NCBI RefSeq assembly: GCF_902713615.1 | Contig: NC_052160.1 | Span: 137,558,737-137,622,736 of the forward strand | From: Scyliorhinus canicula | Taxonomy: Eukaryota | Direction: 5' to 3' | Length of the DNA stretch: 64,000 bases | In this document: positions 10,085-21,160 of the stretch, one piece after another | Numbering within the stretch: position 1 is the stretch's first letter | Layout: every line of letters starts with the position of its first letter | Notes under the pieces: generated by a model | Database searches by the model: none | What the model saw: the letters and a program-made list of their open reading frames with translations, nothing else | What the model was told of the DNA's origin: nothing | Translations under genes and position numbers: made by a program

Positions 10085-10220
10085 CTGTAGAATATGCAGC
10101 TTGACATATTCCTGAAAATAAAAAACCTTCAGAATTCACTTGCAACATTCATCGATTGCAAAGCTACATTTACTTATGGTAGTTAATTTGTATGATACAC
10201 AGTTCCTTATTGCATATTTA

Positions 10221-10566
10221 GGGGCAGCACGGTAGCATGGTGGTTAGCATAAATGCTTCACAGCTCCAGGGTCCCAGGTTCGATTCCCGGCTGGATCACT
10301 GTCTATGTGGAGGCTGCACGTCCTCCCCCTGTGTGCGTGGGTTTCCTCCGGGTGCTCCGGTTTCCTCCCACAGTCCAAAGATGTGCGGGTTAGGTGGATT
10401 GGCCATGCTAAATTGCCCGTAGTGTCCTAATAAAAGTAGGGTTAAGGGGGAGGGTGTTGGGTTACGGGTATAGGGTGGATACGTGGGTTTGAGTAGGGTG
10501 ATCATGGCTCGGCACAACATTGAGGGCCGAAGGGCCTGTTCTGTGCTGTACTGTTCTATGTTCTAT
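10221..10566 (+). mobile_element. Full-length HE1-like V-SINE with (GTTCTAT)n tail
   Basis: B box GGTTCGATTCC, V-core, 3' tail nearly identical to the young CR1 tail. Confidence 0.9.
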
Positions 10567-11630
10567 ATCTTTTATCTGTGCGATGCATGGTCTCCACAAG
10601 GGACAAAGGAGAAGAGAAACATGTTTCATAAACTAAACATTCTCCTGCTATGCGTAAAATACTTTAGTTTCGCAAAGTAGATTCATGGCTGATAAAGAAC
10701 TACAGAACCTGCTGAAAACCTGACAGGAGGAAAGAGGGAACATCTTAGCAACATTGCCTGGAAAGAACTTAGAAATAGCTGTGTTTGGGAAACCAGCTGT
10801 AAACCTAATTTAATTTTTTCAAAAATGCTGGTTAAAATGCTTCGAGAGGTATGTTTGCTTTGAGGCTACCTCAGGGCTAAGGTCATTGTGGTTCAATATT
10901 TAGAAGCAAAATTATAATGTCCCACAGGTAATACGACGGCCCTTGGCATAAACCATTGCATCGAAGAAATGCTTAAACATGCGTTGTTCCCGCTCTATGT
11001 ACAGTCTAAGTCTGTGACAGAAGCCAAGATTGGACCAGTCTGTAACTTACCGAAATGAAAGACACGGCAAACAATTATTTGAATAAGGGTTAGATCCAGG
11101 CTGTTTGTTATTCTTACAATCAAATGGAACTTCATGAAAGTCAATGACATTGATGGCCTGTGTAAAGTGCTGATTCATGGTCGGGACATGGTCAGCCTGT
11201 GATGCGGTCCTAGCTTTTGAAAGACAAGAACAAACAAGCGTCAGCCAAGTCATTTATAAAATCACTTTTTGCAAATATCGCACATGTTGTAAATTGTCAC
11301 TAACTTTGCCGAATAGATGTGAAAGTAATGTTATTATTCTTGTGGATATTTTAGAAGCCCCTTTACCCACAGAACATATTGCACTTTGAAAGAACACCCA
11401 GCTCGGTGTTTGATTGTTTTTCTTATTTGATATATAATTACTTTAGGCCCTTTCTGAATGTTTGAAGAATTGACACGCAAGTAATATGTTAACACGAATC
11501 TGAGTGTTATGGCTGATATACGAAATATAGGAGAATTCATTTTCTGTTGGAACTGGATTATTGCAAGCACATAGATATTCTTAAAGGCCAACTGACAGAA
11601 AGACAATTTGCCCAACTAACCTGTCCTGTC

Positions 11631-11948
11631 ACAGAATTCCTGAGGAGGCCATTTGGCCCATCAAGCCTGCATCAACCCTCCGAAAGAGCACTCTGCCTAG
11701 GCCCAATCCCCCACCCTATCCTTGTGACTCCACCAACCTGTGGGCACTTAGGGACAATTTATCACAGCCAATCCACCTAACCTGCATGCCTTTGGACTGC
11801 AGGAGTAAATCGGAGCACCCGGAGGAAACCCACGCAGACACGGGAGAAAGTGCAAACTCCACACAGACAGTGACCCGAGGTCGGATTTGAACCCGGGTCC
11901 CTGGCGCTGAGATGCAGCAGCGCTAACCATTGTGCTGCCGTGCCACCC
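11631..11948 (-). mobile_element. V-SINE
   Basis: Reverse complement of SINE head, core and tail. Confidence 0.85.
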
Positions 11949-11961
11949 TGTCTGAACCATT

Positions 11962-12613
11962 GGGTGTGATTCTCCGCACCCCACGCCGGGTGGGAGAATC
12001 GCGGGAGGGCCAGGCGAATCACGACACGCCGCCCTGGCATCCCCCGCGATTCTCCCAACCCCCAAAAATGGTGTGTCGCGTTTTTCAACAGGCCGACCAG
12101 CGATTCTCCGGCCCGGATGGGCCGGGCGGCGTGCTGAACCCGACCGGTTCACGCCGGCGCCAACTTTACCTGGTCTCTGCCGGCGTGAACAGCGCGCGAC
12201 CAGTGAGTATGGGGCCTGTGGGGGGCAGAGGGAGGATCGAGCACCACGGGCATGCTCAGCAGATGTCTGGCCCACGATCGGTGCCCACCGATCGTCAGGC
12301 CGGCGTCTCTAAAAGACGCACTCTATTCCCTCCGCCGCCCCGCAAGATCAAGCCGCCATGTTTTGCGGGACAGCGGAGGGGAAGACGGCAACCGCGCATT
12401 CACGGGTTGGCGCCGGCCAACCTGCGCATGTGCGGCTGATGTCAATTCGGCGCTGCCGGCCGCGTCATTCCCGTCGTGCCACTTTGACGCAAGCGTCAAG
12501 GCCGGGCGCTCAGGATTCACGCGCCGCCGCTCCTAGCCCCCCGGGGGGGCGAATAGGGGGTGAGGAGCGGCCTCCGACAGCGGAGTTTTTCTCCCTTTGT
12601 GAGAATTGCGGCC
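11962..12613. mobile_element. CpG-rich Harbinger-type MITE
   Basis: Ends GGGTGTGATTCTCC / GAGAATTGCGGCC; interior homologous to 14179-14402 (inverted) and 61450-62101. Confidence 0.7.
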
Positions 12614-12883
12614 ACTAAGCCTGACAGTTAATTCCATAGCCTCAGAATTCTGTGCGTGCAGAAGTTCTTTTGTCCTCTATTCAATGACTTCTCATTCGTG
12701 TCTCCTCAGCCACAAGGAACAACCTTCCTCTCGCTTTCCTGACCCATTCTTTCATAGTTTTAAATACTCCATCCCATAATCCATGCTATTCTGTTGAAGA
12801 ATACCCCAGCCTTTTTCTGGATTTGCATTTTGCCATGACTACCACCAAGGCCAAGAGACGTTCATCGACAGATCTCTGAGTCA

Positions 12884-13123
12884 GAGTTTGCACGTTCTCC
12901 CCGTGACATTGTGGGTTTCCTCCGGGTGTTCTAGTTTCCTCCCACAGTCCAAAGATGTGCTGTTAGGTGGATTGACCATGCTAAATTGCCCTCAGTGTCA
13001 AAAGAAAGGTTGGGTGGGGTTATGGGGATAGGCTGTAGGTTTGCGCTTCGGTAGAGTGCCCTTTCCAGGGGCCGGTGCAGACTCGATGGGCCGAATGGCC
13101 TCCTTCGGCAGTGTCAATTCTAT
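12884..13123 (+). mobile_element. 5'-truncated V-SINE
   Basis: Core GGGTTTCCTCCGGGTG...CCCACAGTCCAAAGATGTGC and tail GATGGGCCGAATGGCCTCCTTC. Confidence 0.8.
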
Positions 13124-13753
13124 CATTCACTCGAGCCATCTGGCTAACCAAGGCATGGAACATCCAAATCATTCATACACACAGTGAAAAAGAAGAGATC
13201 ACACAACAGAAATCTGAAGGACACTATTACATCTCTCCAGCTAATAAAAAAATGCATTTAGCTCTTACTGTGTTTTTCCCTGCCAACCAATATTTAATCC
13301 AGTTTGCTATTCTTCCGTGAGATACCACTTAACCTTCTCTGGTAGCCTTCCATGTGCCATTTTGAGCCGATCAAACATATCACTGCAGTCACAGGACGGA
13401 GGGTAGTAATTGTACCCAACAAACTTTGGAATCATGGGTATTGTGATGTCATAAATAATTGTCAAGTAAATGGGTCGAAGCATCAAAGCATTGGGGAAAC
13501 ACAGGGGATGCGATTCAACGGAAAAATATCGAAGTGACATTTTGGGCGAGATTGGCAGGGTGATTGCCGACGGCTGTGTTGGTGAGATTGCGGTCCGCAT
13601 TCAACGGCAATTGGTGCCGCAAATGAGCCCCACGAGCTTCTCGCCATTGCTGCTGTCTCACCGTCTTATTTGCCGCACTCTCGCCTCAGCGTCTCGCCGC
13701 TAACAAGGAGTGGCTTTTAAACACTCCCTCACCACTCGCACCCAGTCACAAGC

Positions 13754-14050
13754 ATGGCAGGGCGCAGACCTGCTCCTCAGTTTGGGGATGCCAACGTGGC
13801 CAGGTTTCCCGACGCCGCCAATGCAAGGCGGGACATCCCAAGGGTTTTGGAGGACCAGCGGCAGAGTCAGCAATGCCGCCTGGGAGACAGTGACAGCGGC
13901 TGTCAGTGCGGGCAGCCTGACCAGGAGGACCAGCGGCAGGGTCAGCAATGCCGCCTGGGAGACAGTGACAGCGGCTGTCAGTGCGGGCAGCGTGACCAGG
14001 AGGACCGCCGTCCAATGTTGGAAGACCAACAGATCCCACCAAGCTGCAAG
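13754..14050 (+). pseudogene. Frameshifted Harbinger-type Myb/SANT-like DNA-binding protein exon
   Basis: MAGRRPAPQFGDANVARFPDAANARRD, then after a frameshift SGRVSNAAWETVTAAVSAGSLTRRT..AVQC, ending at donor AAG|GTAAGT; matches the Myb/SANT-like pattern (W..V...V.A....RT..QC) of Harbinger second ORFs. Confidence 0.6.
13849..14006 (+). repeat. 75-bp tandem duplication (2 copies)
   Basis: GGAGGACCAGCGGCAG unit starts at 13849 and 13924; a partial third starts at 13999. Confidence 0.9.
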
Positions 14051-14178
14051 GTAAGTTACCACCTCTCTCTTGGCATCGGTTTTGACTGCTACCCCTCAGA
14101 TTCCCAACTACCCCCTCATGAGCCCGCCCCACAGATCACTGACTGACACCTCACCAGATTCACATAGGACAAGGCTAT

Positions 14179-14402
14179 GGGCGGGATTCTCCTCAACGGC
14201 TGACACCAGCGTGAAACCCAGAGACGGCGTTGGACGCCACTCCTCGCCCCCTATTCCCCCCCTGGGGGGGCTAGGAGGGGCGTTGCGGGTAACTCGGCTG
14301 CCAGGCCTTGATGCTGGCATCAAGGCGGCGAGCCGATAATGACGCGGCCGGCGGCGCCTTAGTGACGTCAGCCGCGCATGCGCGGTTGCCGTCTTCCCCT
14401 CC
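14179..14402. mobile_element. Harbinger-type MITE end
   Basis: Starts GGGCGGGATTCTCC; reverse-complement similar to about 12370-12590. Confidence 0.65.
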
Positions 14403-14405
14403 GCT

Positions 14406-14593
14406 ATGTCCAAATTACCTAATAGCACGTCTTTCAGAACTTGTGGGAGGAAAGCGGAGCACCCGGAGGAAACCCACGCAGACACAGGGAGAACGTGCAG
14501 ACTCCACACAGACAGTGACCCAAGCCGTGAATCGAAGCTGGGGCCCTGGCGCTGTGAAGCAACAGTGCTCACCACTGTGTTACCGTGCTGCCC
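14406..14593 (-). mobile_element. V-SINE fragment (B-type)
   Basis: Reverse complement of head and core. Confidence 0.8.
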
Positions 14594-14652
14594 TATTTCA
14601 GTAAGGCCTTCAGAGGATTTCCAGCGTGCTGATTTGGGGATGGAATTGTCCA

Positions 14653-14975
14653 GCTGCACGGTGGCATAGTGGTTAGCACTACTACCTCACAGCGCCAGGG
14701 ACCCAGGGTCAATTCCGGCCTCGGGTGACTGTCTGTGCAGAATGCACATTCTCGCCGTGTCTGCGTGGGTTTCCTCCGGGTGCTCCGGTTTCTTCCCACA
14801 GTCCAAAGACATGCAGGTTAAGTGGATTGGCCATGATTAATTGCCATTTATTGTCCGAAAAGGTTAGGTGGGGTTACGGGGAAAAGGCAGGTACGTGGGC
14901 CTGGGTAGAATGCTCTTTTAGTGGGTCGGTGCAGACTCAATGGGCTAAATGGCTTCTTTCTGCAAGGTCTATCAG
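14653..14975 (+). mobile_element. V-SINE
   Basis: CACGGTGGCATAGTGGTTAGC head, core and degenerate tail. Confidence 0.85.
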
Positions 14976-14977
14976 AT

Positions 14978-15335
14978 TATGAGGGGCATGGGTAGAGTGG
15001 ATGGGCAGCCACTCTTTCCCAGGGTGGAGGGGTCAGTCACCAGGGGGCATAGGTTCAGGGTCCATGGGGCAAAATTTAAAGGAGCTTTGTGAAGCAGCTT
15101 ATTTACGCAGAGGGTGGTGAGTGCCTGGAACACGTTACCAGGGGAGGTTGTGGAAGCAGATACATCAATGGCATTCAAAAGGCATCTTGACAAATGCATG
15201 GACAGGATGGGTACAGAGGGATACGGCACAAGGAAGTGCTGAGGGTTTTGGCCAAGGTTGGTATCATGACCGGTACAGGCTTGGAAGGCTGAAGGGCCTG
15301 TTCCTGTGCTGTATTGTTCTTTGGGATTCTATAGA
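14978..15335 (+). mobile_element. CR1 LINE 3' fragment
   Basis: ATGAGGGGCATGGGTAGAGTGG...GAAGGGCCTGTTCCTGTGCTGTATTG, homologous to the ORF2 C-terminus and tail. Confidence 0.8.
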
Positions 15336-15467
15336 TTCAATGGACTCAGTTGCTTGCAACAGGTCAGGTTTTCCACGGTCACGTGGTTGATTGGCTTTCT
15401 CCTCAACCATCGAGGCTTCCTCCAAATATGTGGTCATGATACAACCCACTGCTTTCTGCCCTAACAG

Positions 15468-15797
15468 GTTCAGACGGAGTAGTGGGACCAAGGGAGGTGA
15501 ATGGAAGATTAGGAGGATCCATCACTATCAACTGCCAATACAACATACCAAGTAACAGGAATTCTGAGAAGTATTGGTGCAAGGGAGGACGAAGATTTTC
15601 ATGCACAGTATTAATGGACACTGGGAGATCACAGCAGGGAAGAAGCAACAGGCTGTTCATTGCGGACAACCAAACCAGTGGAATATTTTCCATAACAATG
15701 AGGCAATTGTCGCTGGGAGACACGGGATGGTATTGGTGCGGGATAGCATCACTGGGAAACGATGAGATGACTTCTGTCAAATTGAATGTCCTTGAAG
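15468..15797 (+). CDS. Gene 1 exon 2: Ig V-set domain 1 (CD300/pIgR family)
   Basis: Acceptor CTAACAG|, donor GAAG|GTAAGC, phase 1-1, 330 bp; GGSITINCQY..KYWCKGGRRFSC (C-x7-C extra disulfide)..DNQTSGIFSITMRQL..DTGWYWCG..VKLNV. Confidence 0.95.
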
Positions 15798-15852
15798 GTA
15801 AGCCAAATAATTAATCTGAATTTATTGACCTTGAGTTTACTATTAGCACTTC

Positions 15853-15858
15853 AATAAA
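15853..15858 (+). promoter_or_regulatory. Candidate intronic polyadenylation signal after V1
   Basis: AATAAA 39 nt after the read-through stop (TAA 15812-15814), followed by a GU/U-rich tract. Confidence 0.35.
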
Positions 15859-16263
15859 TGAACTCTGGCTGTTGTTTCATTCTCAGGCTTGCTGTGTTGA
15901 AAAAGGTTTCTGATACATAAAATATAAATTCAGAAAAAAAATAAGCCACCTGTACTTTTGATTGATAATCGGAGAAGAATTGGATTGAAATAGTAGTAAA
16001 TTAATAGAGAAAACATGCTGGAAATCTGAATGAAAAACTATCAATCTAGTAAATATATATGTGCGGTCAATACTTGTGCAGAGAAAATACAACTTAATGT
16101 TTTGGGTAGATTCATCTTCCGAATTGAAAATTGAAAGGTAAACAGGGGCCACTGTTATTGCCACAAGATGGGTCAGGGTAAGAGGCAGAGACACAGGAAA
16201 TGGATGCAACTCAAAAACATAGAATTGTTCCATTGCAGAAGGAGGCCCTTCAGCCCATCATGT

Positions 16264-16611
16264 GGGGCAGCACGGTAGCATGGTGGTTAGCATAAATGCT
16301 TCACAGCTCCAGGGTCCCAGGTTCGATTCCCGGCTGGGTCACTGTCTGTGTGGAGTCTGCACGTCCTCCCCGTGTATGCGTGGGTTTCCTCCGGGTGCTC
16401 CGGTTTCCTCCCACAGTCCAAAGATGTGCGGGTTAGGTAGATTGGCCATGCTAAATTGTCCGTAGTGTCCTAAAAAGTAAGGTTAAGGTGGGGTTGGGTT
16501 ACGGGTATAGGGTGGATACGTGGGTTTGAGTGGGGTGATCATTGCTCGGCACAACATCGAGGGCCGAAGGGCCTGTTCTGTGCTGTACTGTTCTATGTTC
16601 TCTGTTCTATG
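16264..16611 (+). mobile_element. Full-length HE1-like V-SINE
   Basis: Near-identical to 10221 copy; GTTCTAT tail. Confidence 0.9.
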
Positions 16612-16852
16612 TCGGCACCAGCTCACCGAATGAACAATGCACCTAGTGGGCTGGAGTCTTCCGCTCCGCCCACCGCAGGAACACTACGGGCGAGTCGCGA
16701 ACAATGGAGATCTCCATGGACCTCGGGCGGGATTCTCTGATCGCCGGGCGGACACGGCTGGAGAATCCCGCCCAATATCTCCCCCCCCCCGCTTTCTCCT
16801 CACATTCTGGAATATTCTTCCTTTGCAGGTGATAATCCAATTCCCTTTTGGT

Positions 16853-17150
16853 GGGCGGCACGGTGGCACAGTGATTAGCACTGCTGCTTCACAGCACCAG
16901 GGTCCCAGGTTCGATTCCCGGCTTGGGTCACTGTCTGTGCGGAGTCTGCACGTTCTCACCGTGTCTGCGTGGGTTTCCTCCGGGTGCTCCGGTTTTCTAC
17001 CACAAGTCCTGAAAGACGTGCAGGTTAGGTGAATTGGGCATTCTGAATTCTCCCTCTGTGTACCCGAACAGGCGCCGGAATGTGGCGACTCAAGGCTTTT
17101 CACAGTAACTTCATTGCAGTGTTAATGTAAGCCTACTTGCGACAATAATT
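16853..17150 (+). mobile_element. V-SINE with alternative (B-type) tail
   Basis: Same head; tail CCCGAACAGGCGCCGGAATGTGGCGAC...CAGTAACTTCATTGCAGTGTTAATGTAAGCCTACTTG. Confidence 0.85.
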
Positions 17151-17882
17151 TTAAAAAAGAAAAGAAAGATTTTGAATACCTGGATTGAATTTACCTCCAT
17201 CAGCACAATTTGGCAGCATATTCTAGATCTTAACAACACGCTACATGAAATCGTTTCTCCTCATGTCCACATTTTTTCTTTTACCAATTGCCCTAAATCA
17301 GCACCCTCTCATTCTCAACCCTTTCACCAGAGGCAAAGGCATTTCCCAATCTACACTGTTCAGAGCCCTCATGGTGTTAAACACGTCCATCAAATCTCCT
17401 CTCAATCTTCGCTTCTCCAATGAAAACAGCTCCAAACTTTTCTATCTGTCTTCATAACTGTCTTCATCTCTGGACCAAATGGTGTGAATCATTTCTGCAA
17501 ATCTTTTCTCAAATGCTTTAACGTAACTGAGGAAGGAGGTTGTTGTTTAGTCTGATGGAGATGGGGGCAGCCAGGAGAACGAAAGGTGGAAAAAGGAGTT
17601 GGAGCTCTACCCACGGCGAACGATCCTGAAAAATCGCGACCATTAGCTCTGTTTTCTCTCTCCACAGATGCTGCCCAACAAGCTGAGTTTTTCCAGCAAT
17701 TTTGACTTTAGTTTCTAATTTGTTTTTGCTTAAGTGCTTTCAGAGAGCCAGCATGGACGCAATAGCATAAACAATCACCTCCTGTCCTCAAAATACCTCC
17801 AATCTGTGATATTTGCCACTGTTTTACCAGTACGTTCCTCTCTTGACCTTCAGCATTTATGTGTTGCCCTTTATTCTTGCAG

Positions 17883-18206
17883 CCAGCTCATCTGAGCTAA
17901 GACAAGTGAACGGGACATTAGGAGAAGCTGTCACTCTGAAGTGTCAGTATCAAGTACCATATTACCAGCATCATGATAAGTACTTGTGCAAGGGCTCAGA
18001 GAGGAAATTGTGCACCATGATTGCGAACACTCAGGTAAAGAATGCAGACATCAGTGGAAGGATAATTGCTGTGGATAACAAGACCAGTGGAATATTTGCT
18101 GTGACCATGACTGAACTATCCATGAAGGACGAGGGGCTTTATTGGTGCGGAATAACAATCCTCGGCTACGACAAAATGATTCCCTTACAACTGAATGTTT
18201 TAGAAC
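17883..18206 (+). CDS. Gene 1 exon 3: Ig V-set domain 2 (CD300/pIgR family)
   Basis: Acceptor TTTATTCTTGCAG|, donor GAAC|GTAAGC, phase 1-1, 324 bp; GEAVTLKCQY..KYLCKGSERKLC..DNKTSGIFAVTM..DEGLYWCG..LQLNV. Confidence 0.95.
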
Positions 18207-18743
18207 GTAAGCTAAACATTTATTTCTTCCTGATGAGTAGTTTCCATACAGTTAAGCAAAGTGTCGTATGTTCTGCTATGAGGGACACGCGTTATTGGCT
18301 CATCGTAATTCATCAGGTCAATGAGCAGAATATGAATTTTTTAGGGGGAGGAGGTATCACATGACCCAGTACAGATGGAAGTGATGGAACTTTGGGGGTA
18401 GAAAATGGATCTTTGACCTTTGCCTCATTCATTAGGAAATGCCAAATTCTGTCCATTGGGTAAAGCACTTAACACAGAATCATAGAAAGCCTGGTGGTGA
18501 CACAGGAAGAAGGCAATCTTCTCCCAACTCCCTCTCACCTGTAGGGATCTGCAAAAGCAAGTGTATATGTAAATATGTATAGCCTCCGACCAGTAGGTGT
18601 CAGGCAAGTTATAGCACGTGGCCCCTCTCCTTTTTTTTGAAACTTTAGACTCATAGGCCCAGTTTGCCCAATCTCTCTTCATAACACAGTCTCGCCATCT
18701 CTGGAACAAGTCTGTTTAACCCTTATTGCGCTACCTCTATGCG

Positions 18744-19034
18744 ATAGAACATAGAACAGTACAGCACAGTACAGGCCATGCGACCCACGGTGTTGTGCCG
18801 ACAACCCAGTAACCCCCGCTTAACATTTTTTGAACACTAAAGGGCAATTTAGCATGGCCAATCCACCTAACCCACACATCTTTGGACTGTGGGAGGAAAC
18901 CGGAGCACCCGGAGGAAACCCACGCAGACACGGGGAGAACGTGCAGACTCCGCACAGACAGTGACCCAAGCCGGGAATCAAACCTGGGACCCTGGAGCTG
19001 TAAAGCAACTGTGCTAACCACTATGCTACCGTGC
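18744..19034 (-). mobile_element. V-SINE
   Basis: Reverse complement of head, core and (GTTCTAT) tail. Confidence 0.85.
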
Positions 19035-19474
19035 ATGCCAAGATCTCATTGCTGTCAGGCCTTTATATTTAAGACTCCTAGACAGTCACCCCATTAATTT
19101 TTAATGATTGTCTTTCTGCGCGTGATCCTGATCGCATCATCACATTATCGAGGAGAGCCTGGGAACATTGCGAACGGGAAGCTCGCAAGCATAAATCCCG
19201 TTTTTGACATCTCGCAGTACTATGCAACCACGATGGGATGTGCGCCCACAATTTACAGGCGTTTACCCCTAGTTAATGTTAATAAATCAATTATAACTTT
19301 AACTAACTGGTTTCACCTGAAAATTATTTTTATCACTGTCCATGCGCTGCTTTTTGTACTTCGAAATGTGTTGTGTTTTTCCACGAACGTGAAGATGAAG
19401 TTGGCTTGTTAAGTGTGGCAAGTATCTGGTCTATTTGTATTCCCGATGGTTGACTTATTCAGTATCAGTGACTT

Positions 19475-19803
19475 ATGGTGGTTAGCATAAATGCTTCACA
19501 GCTCCAGGGTCCCAGGTTCGATTCCCGGCTGGGTCACTGTTTGTGCGGAGTCTGCACGTCCTCCCCGTGTGTGCGTGGGTTTCCTCCAGGTGCTCCGGTT
19601 TCCTCCCACAGTCCAAAGATGTGCGGGTTAGGTGGATTGGCCATGCAAAATTGCCCTTAGTGTCCTAAAAAATAAGGTTAATGGGGGGGTTGTTGGGTTA
19701 CTGGTATAGGGTGGATACGTTGGCTTGAGTAGGGTGATCATTGCTCGGCACAACATCGAGGGCCGAAGGGCCTGTACTGTGCTGTACTGTTCTAAGTTCT
19801 AAG
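19475..19803 (+). mobile_element. HE1-like V-SINE
   Basis: Head slightly truncated; CR1-like tail. Confidence 0.85.
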
Positions 19804-19834
19804 TACTAAGGCCAGGACATTACCTGGTACCAGG

Positions 19835-20012
19835 TGTGCGGTAAACTAATTACAAGACAACAGATGAACAACAGCAAAATCATGCACATGCAAACTCTCT
19901 CTTTTACTTCCTCCAGCCAGTGTCTGGTCACCTGACTTTACATTCACTTATATACCGGTGAGACTCCTAGTGGTCAGTCACTGAATTACAACACAACCAT
20001 GATATCACTACA
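19835..20012 (-). mobile_element. Partial solo LTR
   Basis: Ends ATATCACTACA (minus TGTAGTGATAT), related to the LTR ends at 3581 and 48035; left boundary uncertain. Confidence 0.5.
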
Positions 20013-20427
20013 ATCACTACGATGGTTCAGACGGGCCTCATAGTTGGATCAGAAAATTAGTTGCGCAACCACCAATGAACAACCATGAATGCCCTGCTAA
20101 ATTTCAGCTAACAGGACATTGGTGCCTTTGTTTGGCAGGAGAAGGGGGAGAGGAAGGCTAAACCTAGGTCTCACAAAATTGCTGAGGGCGCCTAAAAGCC
20201 TGTGAGAAAAGTCAGGCTATCAAGAAAATAATCCAACAAACTAATTCTCCTCTGCCTGATCCTCACAGTTAGATCTGTATATAGACAATGGGCAATGGGG
20301 GGGACGAAAAGCTTTGATTTCCACATAGATTGGACCATACGCAGCAACTATGTAACACCTGGAAAATTGTGGGAAATTTGCAGCCGAGTATCTAATACAC
20401 CCGCTGTTATTGTTATTGCTTTCACAG

Positions 20428-20488
20428 TTCTTAAAACAACCACTCTGCCCAAAGAATCTCAGAAAACAGTCAGCTTGGAAAGTAAAAG
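20428..20488 (+). CDS. Gene 1 exon 4: short stalk
   Basis: Acceptor TTATTGCTTTCACAG|, donor AG|GTAAAT; (L)LKTTTLPKESQKTVSLESK(S); phase 1 to 2 bridges V2 (phase 1) and the TM exon (phase 2). Confidence 0.75.
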
Positions 20489-21160
20489 GTAAATTTGTGA
20501 CTCAATATATTTGAAAAATTAATATCCTTTCAAGTAATTCAGAGCAGAGCCGCTGTTATTCATGGTGTAGCGCTGCATGTTCTAACATGAATGCTTCAGC
20601 CTATAAAACTTACCTTTCACAACCTTTCTGCTTTCCACGGGTTGAGGCGTAGGTCCCAGCCCGGAGTAGTGACTGCGGTTGACAACTGTTTCTAAGAAGG
20701 ATTGGGGGGGTATTGATCGATCTGGGTCCACTTTGGCAAACACCATAAGGTCAGAATTCTGACACGACAGAAAAATATTGGGAACCAGGTTGAGTCTGGT
20801 AGTTGCTGAGTTTCTATGATCCCAGTTGATGTTATGACTAGACGGGAAGTTCCCAAATGGAGCCCTGGCTCAAAAGATTGCAACTTATATTTTTTTTAAT
20901 AAAATGTGGAGGAACAGAGTCATGGGACCACTAATTATTTTCAAAAATACTTTGTTTAATCAAACATGAAAATAAGTTTAACAAATGCACACAAAATTAA
21001 AGATTAACATGGATTCCAAAGGACATCTTAAGGTACAATGGTGTAATTAACACACAAAGTCCCTTGTAAGCACACAAGATGACTGTGGTCCAATACACAC
21101 ACTCGACTCTGAACCCAAGTTAGTGTTAGTGGTGAATTATAAACCCAGTAATTCACACTG

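Noticed and set aside
10221-10300. tRNA-like heads with A and B boxes
   Set aside because: They are SINE 5' regions followed by V-core and LINE tails, with no complete cloverleaf or terminator; not called as tRNA genes.
10686-10812. Peptide ...KNLEIAVFGKPAVNLI resembling the start of a GTPase P-loop
   Set aside because: It lacks GxxxxGK(S/T), has an in-frame stop upstream and no downstream G motifs.
11051-11135. Minus-strand ATG-initiated segment ending in a perfect GTAAGT donor (MKFHLIVRITNSLDLTLIQIIVCRVFHF)
   Set aside because: It is not a convincing signal peptide and has no downstream minus-strand V exon in the window.
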